A stretch of DNA of 64,000 bases from Nageia nagi (taxonomy: Eukaryota > Plantae > Pinophyta). The DNA is taken from positions 114,266,001 to 114,330,000 of the forward strand of contig JBITNC010000001.1 in assembly GCA_050084985.1 (NCBI GenBank), in the 5' to 3' direction. The translations under genes were made by a program, and so were the position numbers. Below are positions 50,673 through 62,800 of this stretch, piece by piece. Numbering within the stretch: position 1 is the stretch's first letter; each line of letters opens with the position of its first letter. Under the pieces are notes generated by a model. The model saw only the letters and a program-made list of their open reading frames with translations, had not been told where the DNA came from and did no database searches.

Positions 50673-53600
50673 TTTTGTTTCTAGAAAACTGTTTTATTTT
50701 TTTAGTTTAACTTATATTAATTGATATATGTCCAATGTTTATTGATATATGTCCAACATTTATTATTATACAACCAATGTTTATATATGGAGGGGAGCAG
50801 AGCAAAGAGATCAACAACAAGGAAGGGCAAGATTTTTGATGTACTCCTAATGTTTGTGGTATAATTTGGGCAACAAATAGCCATTTTCTTATCTTTATTG
50901 TTAATTTTTTTGAATGAAAAGGATCTTGTATTAAAGTAAAATCTCTTTCATAAAAAAAGCGGTGGGTGGAATTAAGCACACCCTATGTAAAATACCTTGA
51001 TTTTCAAAGTAACAAAAAGTTAGGATGAGAAGTTCAATCCTTAAATAAAATGCAACTTTTGAATACAAATAATTCATAAAAAACCACTTATTGTGAAGTG
51101 AAATAAACAATGCATAATCATCTAAGTAATTATGAAGGTGAGGAGGGATGAAACTATACACATCACCTGATATGCCCATTCTTCACCACTTGGATTAGAC
51201 ACACCCTAACCATCATTTTCATAATTTCCTTTAGAGTCATTATTGCCAGCTTTAACAATGGCATCATGATAAGTAATAGAAGGATTAGTTGTATCTCCCC
51301 AATCCACTACTAGCTAGGATGGTTCTAGATGAACATCTTAGCCACTCTAATGTTAGGAGGAGGAAGGTTCACTAGCACATAAGTGCTTGGGGTTTGGTGG
51401 AGGTTGAGACTAGTCATATCTTAATGCAAGACCTAAGGTTCATTCACAAGAGTGACACTTGGTATGAGAGGTACAATCCCTCTGGATTGGAAAAATTCAT
51501 AGATTACTTTGAAATAATTATTTGAGAAAGTTTTAAACACAATTCCTCTTTTGTTTCAATATTCTATATAAAAAGGATGCAAATAATTAATAAAGTAACT
51601 TCTAAGTTATAAATTGATATACAACATTAATTAAAACAAAATTTAAAAAATAACTTACCATTCAAGTCGATTTGAATTTGGTAAGTTTCCTCTAAATAGG
51701 TTTTGTCTTCTTGAGACAAGAGAGCTTTCAATGTAACTTTGAATACATCATCACCATGCTACAGTAAACCAGTCAACCAACTTATGTTTATAGGAGAAAC
51801 ACCAAAAGAAAAGCTTTTTGATTCTATAACCACATAAAATGTTGCTTGTTTGGTATCATAAACAAACATAAGATAGTCTAATAAATTAGAATTTGTTTCA
51901 AATTGAGTTATAAAAATAATACCTCTAAACCTTGTTTCGTCTACCCAATCTGAGTAACATTATGGGGTAAACAAAGATAAAATACTAGCTCATGATAAAT
52001 TTCTATATGAAAATCAATCGTTGGTGGATGATAAGGGACATAATTTTGTTGGAGTGTTAAATATGTTGGTAAAAAGGTTAGAAAATATGGTTAAAAGTAA
52101 AATATTGCAAGCAAAAATAAAGAAAATGGTAGCTATGATAGGTTAGAATAATCCAAAAGTACCACGTAAATCTTATTTATTTAAAAAGTATGCCACATGG
52201 CATCCTACTATAAGTTGGAGATAAGATTTATAGAAAAAGATAGCTCTAGATAGGTGGAAAAATGATATAATGATAGAAAATGAGTCACCTATTACCTATA
52301 TATAGATAATTTACATGTGGCATCATGACTTGATAGTTGACATACATGACGAAGGTAGAGGGATGTAGTATGTTGTACAATAGCTAGACTACCACTACAT
52401 AGTAGTAGGCTACTTCTGCATGGTAGCAAACTGCTACCATGGGATTGTAGTCTAGATACTGCATGGTAGTAGCTTGCCACTGATAGCTTGCTACAGCTTG
52501 GCAGAAGCTTATTATCACTTTAGTGGAAGCTTGCTACCACCACTACACCTAGTAGAAGTCTTCTACCATCAGGGTTCATTTTAAGATCCTTTCCTAAAAC
52601 ATAACTTGAAATTCTTTTCTAAAAATAGCTAAAATAAAATGAGTCTTTTTCTAAAAATAGGTAAAAAATAAAAAAAAAACCAAAGAAATCCTAAAGTAAC
52701 CCTAAAAATATCTTTTTTTAAAAATAGCTAAAACAAAATGAGTCAGATTGCACCCAAAATTGGCATGCGCTTCCCTCTTATAATAATCAGCTTTAATTTA
52801 AAATACTAGGACTCAACTTAATGTATAATAAAAGATATTAAAGTTCTAACATACAAAAAAGTTTAAAAATCTTGAGAACATAAAGCATAAGTTAATTTTG
52901 GGATACTAGATGGAGGAGTTAGGTCCTAAAAATATGATTTTTAGAGGGTCTAGCATAATAAAATTTAGATATATGCAAAACATGCACATGGATTCGCATT
53001 TTAAATTTTAAGACAAATAGATATCACGGTCAAAAGTTATGGCTTTGGCAAGGTACATCATACCTAATTACTGATTAGATTATAAAAAATAACATATGGA
53101 TCTAGCAAAAAATATCCTAATTTAGATGAAAGTATATTATTAAAATATATTTAGGCCTATAATCCTAACCACTTATGATATTCCTCAAGGAAGTACTTTT
53201 GATTGCTTGAGAAATGAGGATCTTACTCTGAAAGTACAAATAGTTCTACTATTGTTAGATGTGGATGTAGTTCTTCAAATATAATGTTGAAATAAAACTT
53301 ATTTATAAAAGATTTAATCCCTGTTACAAGAAATATGAAATACATTATTGGATTAAAATTCAATATTAATAACCCATATTATGAGAAAATAAAATGTAGG
53401 GGTTGGTTTAATGCTGGAAAACTGAGTGCATAAAAAATTAAGTTATAGAAGTTGATATAGATAATGATACTCAAAAGATTTTTAAATCAAATAAGAAAGT
53501 TGATATTATTTCTATAACCAAAAAATAATAAAAATATTACTTTATTAGGGTTATTTACAGAATACGTAGTTTACCAATTTAATAATAAAATTATAGAAAA

Positions 53601-56600
53601 ATAATGATACAAGTGATGACAATGATGTATTCAACCTTAAACTATCAAAACTAGAAAATGAAAGATACAAATCTATATGTTACCTATGATGATGATCAAA
53701 GGTGATATCCATATGAAAGGGAATGAATGATGAGCTTCTTCAAAGAAAAAAATTCAAAATCCATCCTCATCCTAGTGATAGTTTCTATAAAATATCACTT
53801 GCAAATGAATAAAAGGTCTAGAAGGAATGTGAACCTCAAAGTATAACAATTTCCAGAAATGATAGGTGGCATAAAGAAACATTAGTCAATAATGACACAA
53901 GTAATTGTCACCTATCAATGATTCAAGATTATGTAAGATCATGTCATATCTATGATCATGCACACCCTTGCACCTTTATCAGTAACAGGTAAATTGCCAA
54001 GGCTCCTCCTTGGGCTTATTATGATGTCGATTGACTTGTTACCATAAAATATAAAGGTATATAAGAGTGCACATTGATAAAGGCATTTATTTAATAAATT
54101 AAATAAATCATTTCAAATAACTAAAAGGGTATTTTAATGAAATTAAAATTCCTTTTTAGGTGTTAGCAATTATAGAGAGAATTAAAAAATTAGGAGGTGG
54201 TGTTATAGAATAATGGGGAAGAAAAGAATGAAACAATCCAAGTATTTATAAAATATGAAGATCTTTATTGGAAGTTAAGTGGCATGCATGACAAGAAGAA
54301 GGTAATGCAAATAACTCTATGGAGTTGTAAATGTAAATTATAAGATTTTTTGATGATTCATAAGAATACATTTATATAAATGAATATTGATCTTGTAAAT
54401 AGATATCTCCTTCCTCTAGTGATCTTTGGTCCTAAAATTTTTAATCCTCTATCATAATATCATCTTAAGATTTATATGATTACCTTTAAATAACTACAAA
54501 TTAGTGAATGTAACTCTTTTTATATCAAAAATATTAAAAGGTTTATAACTTTTTACACTTTTTAAAAATATAAAAAATATTATGATATATGCTTCCTCTA
54601 TATTTTTTAAGGTGTTATTATATTCATGGCAATCAAAATACAAACCTATTTCTTGTAAGGACTAACAATGGGTGTTGCCCTTCTTCGTTACCAAAGAAAA
54701 AGAAAAAGAAAAATGCATTCAATATTGATGTTCCTCAAACATACCAAGTTTAAAGATTAACATAAAGGAGATAAATAAAACTCCATATTATTATTGAAAA
54801 AAAAAATGTTGATCCAATCGATGAGTCATTTCATGGAAATATCAAATATGGTGCTAGAGTTGTTGAAAAATGTTCTTTAAAAACTCAAAAGAAATGACTT
54901 ATTCAATAAAAACTCCTTTATTATATTTTTTTTTATCTTGTAGAGAATTATATGTAGCTTTTCCCTATATAATTATTTTTCATAATCCCCAAACAAATGT
55001 TATTAAGAAAATAAGATACCCTAATATTTGAAGAATATGTACCAGTTTCACTAAAAAATAAATAAAAAAATATAAAATATTATCCATTTATAAGAAAAAT
55101 GCATATATAAAATTTTCACTCTTTTTTCCAAAATGAGTTTTAATTTCATGAAAAAATAATATTAAAAACTCCCTCAAATATATGCTTGAAGTCAAGATTT
55201 TCCATTAATATTACCTTGACCATATACTTGTAGCTCCAAGGCTAAGGGTTGGCTCACCAAGTCTTTTCTAAGCCCAAAATTGTGCTTGAAATTGAGATAA
55301 ATATATTTTAATACATCAAGATTCCTATATAAAGAGATGCTAATTTTTTTAAGTATTGTGTTGTTGGGATTATGAACCTAAATAGGGATCTTGATATGAA
55401 CTTTGTTAAAATTAGAATCCCAATTTTCTACCACGTAGTGTAAGTCCTAATACTTCATCTTAAGTGAACTCAAATTTCTACACACACCCACCATCTCTGA
55501 TAATATATTAATTATAATGATATTATTCCTTCAATGTAAGGAATAAAGTATAGATGAGGATCATTAAGAACCTCAAGGAGTAAAATAAGATGATTTCTAT
55601 TAAAATATTAATTAGAATGATCTTGATTAAGAAGATGATCAAGAAAAAGATATTCATCTTGAAGAGGAAACTACAAATGAAGATGAGATTCCAAGAAAAG
55701 TACTAGAAGAAAAGAAACCTTTTCAAGGATAGACTACAAAAGAGAGTAAGATAATATAAAAGTCATAGATGGATTATATAAAATTGATATTCAAATTTTG
55801 TTTCCAAAAAAAAGTGAGATATCTAAACAACATGATTCAATTAGTTGTAGATCAACATAAAGATAAAGTTGGGATATTTAGTTCTCAATGAAATAAGATG
55901 ATATAAATTTTTATAAGATGAGATATGTCACAAATTCCTAGATTATATAAATCAACACCAAGAGGAATGTGACTAATTGATAAGGTGCATTCCCCTAATA
56001 ATCCAAGAGATTAATTCAGATTGTTAATTTTTATATTAAAATTGTTAAAAGGTTCATCATCATTATAAATTATCTTATTGTAATGTGACAAGTATTCAAA
56101 TGATGTATATGGTTATCACCTTTAATCATATCAACTATTATTTATCATTATCAAATTAAACTTGATGATATTTAGTTTATCCTTCATGATAGAAGCTCAA
56201 TAATCAAGAAGATCAATTATGGTTTGGAAATGAAAGACAAACTATCTTATAAAAGTTATAGTTAGTTTACAATGGATATTCTATTGTATTACATGTATTT
56301 GACTTATATTATGAAAAGAAATATTTTTTTATGGTTTGTATACTTGATTATATATTAGAAGTTTTATTAGTTTGGTTTATAGTACACAATATCATAGTTC
56401 TCTTCAAAGCTTGATATATGTTAATTAAATACATTATATTATTGCATATTATCTTTATTATCAATGGAAAAAATTTACTCATATAGCATTCATGTTTCTT
56501 TAATTTCACTTTAACCAATTTTTTTGAGTAAAGGGTAAAACTTTTATTCAAAAAAAGGTTGGGTCATACAATTTGGACAAATTTAGGATATGATTCAACT

Positions 56601-56866
56601 TAGCTCCTTTATAAAATCAAATCTAACTTTTGATATTTCAAATCTTCTCTATTGTATTCTCTGTTGTTTGAGATTTTAACCTTCATTCCTATTTTTCAAG
56701 AATCTCAATTTACATTCAATTTTTAGTGCTTTATTTTATGGATATTTACGGAGTTGAGTCCATATTTCAAGTACATCCTCTTCCATCTAAGAATCCTCCT
56801 TGATTTTTGAATGTAGAGTCTCTATTAGCTTCCTTGTTGTGATTCCACAAATCCTTTCTTCTTGGA

Positions 56867-56986
56867 ATAAGGATAACATCCACCCTAAAGAAGTTGTATT
56901 TATTTTTTTAGATCTATAATTGTGTTGATGGGATGTATTTGGAGGTCAAATTAGTTTTCATCTAGGGTTTTGATGGTGAGCTTCAT
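56867..56986 (-). pseudogene. RAD23: Intronless RAD23-like retrocopy 2: N-terminal half of the UBL domain
   Basis: ATG at 56986: MKLTIKTLDEN*FDLQIHPINTIIDLKK*IQLL*GGCYPY (stops are TAA/TAG, consistent with CAA/CAG C-to-T changes). Upstream 56987-57195 aligns with 50033-50275. Confidence 0.8.
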
Positions 56987-57138
56987 TAAGATTTTGGCAT
57001 TTCATACCTTCCAAGTGACTAGGCTTTGCATGGTATGGTAGTTTTTAGAGTTGATATTACAAGAGAGAAGAAGGTGGTGATACATGACTGTTGATTTTTA
57101 TTGTAAGTGACTCTTCTTTTCTAATGAGGAAACTATTC

Positions 57139-57191
57139 TTATTTTCATAGTGTTTTCTTTTATAACTATAAATATATTGCTTACATTTAAT

Positions 57192-57254
<63 letters not shown>

Positions 57255-57307
57255 ATTAAATGTAAGCAATATATTTATAGTTATTAAAGAAAACACTATG
57301 AAAATAA
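57139..57307. repeat. AT-rich palindrome: ~57-bp inverted arms around a (TA)n tract
   Basis: TTATTTTCATAGTGTTTTCTTTTATAACTATAAATATATTGCTTACATTTAATGTGA-(TA)n-TCACATTAAATGTAAGCAATATATTTATAGTTATTAAAGAAAACACTATGAAAATAA; one mismatch between arms. Confidence 0.95.
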
Positions 57308-59889
57308 TAAAAGTGTTATTAATTAGTATACAACCATTGCTACCATCCAATGATATTATCTTTATTGCTAACTTTCATATTGACATTGTTATAAGGTTTA
57401 TTATTAGCATAAATTACCTTATTGTAATGTGATAGGTCATCAAACCTATGATATATGTGTTTATCATTTTGAATGCGATAAACTATTATCTATCATTATC
57501 AATTTAAACTTGATGATATTTAGCTTATGCTTAATGATGGAATCTCAATAATCAAGAAGATTAGTAATGGTTTGCCAATGGAAGACAAACTATCTCATGA
57601 AAGTTATAATTACTTTACAATGAAAAATCTACTTTATTACATGTATTTGACTTATTTTATAAAAAATCATCATTTTATAGTTTGTATACTTGATTATATA
57701 TTAGACATGTTAGTATTTTGGTTTATAGGAGTACACAATGTCATAGTTCTCTTCAAAGCTAGATATACGTTAATTAGATACATTATACTATTACATATTA
57801 TAATATTACATTAATGGAGAAGACTTTCTCTTGGATACATTTTATATTTCTTTAATTTCATTTTAACGATTATTATAAATGCATCACATATAAAATATAT
57901 TTATTTCAATATTTTTTGAGTAAGTTTCCTCAATTTTTGAAGGTATATCTAAACCATCTAGTATACAAATCATTCTTTGATATCTTTTTTTTTTTAATTA
58001 ATTGATCAATTTTGTATTAATAAAAAATACGAGTTTTGTAAGGATCTCTAAAATATTTTACAACTTAATATTTATCATTAAGTATCACAAAAATATTAAA
58101 TTGGTTTCCAATTTAATGCTTTTTGATAACTAATGGTCTTTACATTTTAAAAACTTTCTTGAGTTCTCTAAATTTGTTGTCCAACTTACATGCATTCAAT
58201 TTTTACCATGTTTTCCAATATCGCCTAAAAATTTAAAAATTGAATTTGGGATTATCTTGCCTTGTCATGGAGAAACACGCTATATGTTCTCCTCCTATTG
58301 CCTCAATGCTCTCCTCCACCTTCAAGTATCTTTTGATGTGCAATTTCATTTTTCTTTCCTTAATATATTTCCATTGCCATTATTTGGTTTGTTGTATTTA
58401 GTATTTTAATCATTATTCAACTACATTAATTCACCCTTCCCAATAATTATTTTTCCATATTATTTTATTTTTGTTGTATTAGTTGGACCTATCGGACCAA
58501 AGGGAAGCTAAATTAGTTCTAATTTATCAGTGCCCTTCAACTTTTCTTTATTATTATTTTTTTTTTACTTTGAGCTTTCTTTTAATTCTTATTATATTTT
58601 TCATTCTTGGTTGCTTCATTCTTATTTTCTTTCTCTCATTTCTATTTTGTCTTCTGATACTCATTCCTCACAATTGTTTACTTCTTTTCTTCTCCTTTTA
58701 GTATGGATGCTCAATTTTTTCTCCTTATACAATTATGTATCTTATTCCCTAATTATTTACAACCATAGCACCTAGTGGAGTAATTCTCATACTCTATTGT
58801 TATACTTTATTTTCCTATCTTGAAGAAAGGGAGATAACTTTTTATCATGGTATAGATAATTCCACCCATAGAATGATCCTAACCTTTCTATAGTAGATTT
58901 GGAATTTCAAATTCTCCCTAGTGAAGTCATATAAGCATTGGAATAACCTGATGGTGTTTCATACCTTTGTTAATCTATTTTTACTCCAAAATTTTTTAGG
59001 TAAGCCACACAAATTTATCTAAACTTGGTACCTAGGTACCTTCTTAGTAATAGTGTTGAAATTTTTAGATCATTATCTCATGTAAATTCCTCTTTGACCC
59101 AAAAAATAGGATAATATATGCTTCATGATCCATTCAAAATGATCAAGATTTTAAAAAATGAGCAGGAAAAAATAGAGGAAAGTAACCTGACTTCTACCTA
59201 TCCATCACATGTAAAGGTGGCTATTGCATATTATGATAAAGCATCATTGCTTGATCTTTTCCCCTCATCTTGCAAATGATAATTCTTATTTGTAGCTCTC
59301 CCAAATCTAATGTTATTTCATTGTATTATAAGAAAATAGATATTTTAGGTTCCTTCTACATCTCCTCTTATTGCTTTGGTCTATCATGTCTATGTCTTCC
59401 TATGCATGCTTCTTGACCATTCTTCCAACAACTTCCTTCATCTTCTCCTCTACTCCACTTGATATTTGGCCTTATGCTTCCTTCTTGACCTCCTTTTCTC
59501 CACTTGGTATCCCCTACATACTCCTTCTTAGTATACACTTTCTATCCATTTATTCACAACCGTTTCACATCAACCTCATCCTTCTTTCATATCTTTGTTT
59601 AAAATTATCACCAAAATATATTCTTTGATATTTAAACATTACAATATATTCATTATTAAGTATATTTATCATATAATTTAATCATAATACCAAAACAAAA
59701 GTATTATCATACTTTTATCTCATTTATTATTGATTCATAAATGTATATAGGATGCATATATATAACTAATATATAATATCATAAAGAACCAAAAATTTGA
59801 ATATTTATAATAATTTTAAGTAGTCATAAATTATGTACTAGATCCACCTATTATTTTCCAATGTTTATTAAATTTAAGATTTATTTAAA

Positions 59890-62800
59890 TGTTAACACCC
59901 TAATATTTCAAGGAAATATTGATATTAAATAAATGGATACCTAGTTATGATGTTAAGAAGCCTATTTTTGGGATGAAAACACTAGATTTAATTATAAATT
60001 AAGATATCTTTTACAAAAAGGGGGTAGGCTGAGTATATCACATTATGAATGATTCCACACTAACCCTATTCATGGTTTAGGAATCCAAAAAATTGAATCA
60101 AACTTGTGTGTATCAAAATATTAAAAAGGGTCTTCTAGTTGCATATTGAGATAACCATACATATGCATTTAAAGAGTGTTATGGGGGATCCATATCATAA
60201 TCAAACATATTTTCCTAATTATTTTTTGGAATAATTGGGAGGTCCCATTGATAATTCACATAGGAATATCAAGATCTTTCGGCTGATTTTCACCCAACCA
60301 ATAAATCAATCATGAGAGGGTGAACATGACCATCCATAATGAGTATTTTCAACATTAATTATATCTTGAGTACTCCAACCAATCATTCCTATATAAGGAA
60401 TAGATAGCAAATTTTTGTTGCTTGTTTAATGATAGGTACTAATACCAACATCATATAACCCTTTCAAATTGGCTACAACTAAGACTAGTATAAACTATTT
60501 GGAAATGAATGAACATACAACAGATGGAATTGATATGAAAATGAATAATAGTAATCCTAATATGAATGGTTTAGAGCTACCTAATTAATAAAAAACAACA
60601 CATTTCCCCTATATTCTACTAGGGACTATAGGCTTTGAAAATCCATAGCCACTTTATTCTCTTGGTTGCAAATCTATAGACACACATTATAGAATATTTC
60701 TAGTTTATGAGCAAGTAAGAAATCTAGAGATGGAAGTACATGATTCACCATAATTGTTTTTCTAACATTTCATATTTGAAAAATAATCTAGAATTTGAAA
60801 ATATACCACACTTATTGCAAAGGCAAATAAAAGAATCCTATAATAATATATGTTACCACAAGAAGGGAATCAACATGAATGGGATAAAAAAGGGGGCTAT
60901 ACAATCCTAAGATACCATTTCCCAGTTGCAATATTAAAAAATATGTATGAAAGTCTTAGTTTCACCATAAAAAGTATCTCAAGTTGGGAATTCCCAAGTG
61001 TTAAAGTTGGGGCCTAGGGAAGGCCTTGGTATATAAGGATCTATGTAAAAAAAGGATTTTTTAGGCTCTTTGTAGGAAGCCCAAGCTAATATAAATTTAA
61101 TTTTTCATCTACAGTGAGAGGAGACCAAATCCCATTTATCATTGAGCTAAGGAAAACTTGATATGAACACTCCAATCATGGTTTAATTGGATGATTTTCT
61201 TGCTTGGAATAATGGTCATCCTTTAGTTTTTGCTACCAAATCCCCTACTATACCTCAAGTAGCATTCCAAGATTTACCTAAATATGATGGGTCTGGTAAA
61301 ACATCATATGAACATTGTCAAGATGTATCTTTGTTAACTTTAAGCTTTGATAGCACTAATGAAATGCTGATGACTAGATTATTATCACACTCTTTTGAAG
61401 CCAAAGTAGCTGAATGGTTTAGAACTCTTACCCCCCAATCTATAAATTCATGGAGAGAGTTATGTTAGGATTTAATTAAAATATTTATTGCATATGGTGA
61501 TGATAGTAAATTCCTAAAACTAATAGCATGTATCAAGAGACATCCTCATGAGTCTATTGATGATTTCAATATCATATTTGAGAGAGCATGGAAATCTATT
61601 TTAGTAAGGATTAGATTAACAAATGCATAAGCTCTAGTATATTATAGGAAGGCCTTTCTCCCAAACCTTAATATGCTCAATTTATGTCAAGAGATACTTT
61701 CCTAGATGTTTACCAAATAGAAAAAACCTTTAAACATACCTTGGTATCCTTTAGAAAGATGCAACCTAGAACCATTATGCCATTATTTCCTAATTTAACT
61801 CCTAAATAAGTTCTACAAATTGCTCATCTGGGAGTTTTAGCCTTACCACCTTTGTACAAACCTATTATTTAGAATCAAATACCAACATTACCTACTCTTA
61901 CATCCACTAATACTAGTACTAATTCTAAATCTCAATAAGAAGAAAGAATAAGGCAATTGGAGGTAACTATTAGGAACCTTACCAATAAGCTCACTCTGCA
62001 AGAAATATATAATCAAGGTTTTAATTATAGAAAATATGATAATCAATATCAACCTAGATTCCAACTCAAGACTAACTATCCAAAACAACCAAGTGTCCCA
62101 AAAGCATTGAAAATGTTGTTATGGTAAGTTCTGCAGAGAACGATGCATTGGGCATTACGAAGTAGTGTCCCATATGTTTAGCTCACATTTTCCAGACTCG
62201 TGCAGTTTATCAACATCAATATTTTGGATTACATTTAGACTAGATGGTGGATCATGCATTAGATACTGCTACTAATCTCACCATGGTAAATTTTTGGCTT
62301 TTAGGATATGCTAGAGAACAAGCCAACTATGTTCAAACTAGAGCTTCTTCTTCAATTGATCCATAGTAACCCCAAATTACTTAGTAAAATCAAGTATTTG
62401 TTCTAGTGCAACTTGAACCAAAGAAAGCTAAGGCTTCCTTAACATAACCATAGAATAAACAAAATCAATTACTAAGACATTTCAGCAATGTTTCTTAGAA
62501 TCTAGGTACTAATGTTCATGCTAAAACAAACCCTGCTATGGCCAAAAAAGAAGTCCCAAAGAAGGAGATACCTAATACATTGAGGTATCATTTTATTATA
62601 GATTACCATAAGAAAAAATCCATTCAATAATTCAAAACACATTAAAATAAAAAATAAGTTTTTCCCATACACTCCACACAATATCATGAAGAACTAAAAA
62701 AAACTCCTTCTAAGATAACTATGTTTGATGCATTAAAAATACCAAGTCAATTAGATCTTTTACAAGAAGCTTTGAAACTAAATAAGAAAGAAAAGGGTAA

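Larger units (their letters stand above)
56020..57870. repeat. ~500-bp direct repeat pair (~56020-56520 and ~57364-57870): distal upstream regions of the two RAD23-like copies
   Basis: CTTATTGTAATGTGA, TATCATTATCAA.TTAAACTTGATGATATTTAG, CTCAATAATCAAGAAGAT, TATTACATGTATTTGACTTAT and TCATAGTTCTCTTCAAAGCT are shared in the same order. Confidence 0.85.

Noticed and set aside
50352-56019. Helitron identity for the 5.7-kb insertion
   Set aside because: A minus-strand TC start is possible, but I found no clean CTAG end with a subterminal hairpin and no Rep/Hel coding trace.
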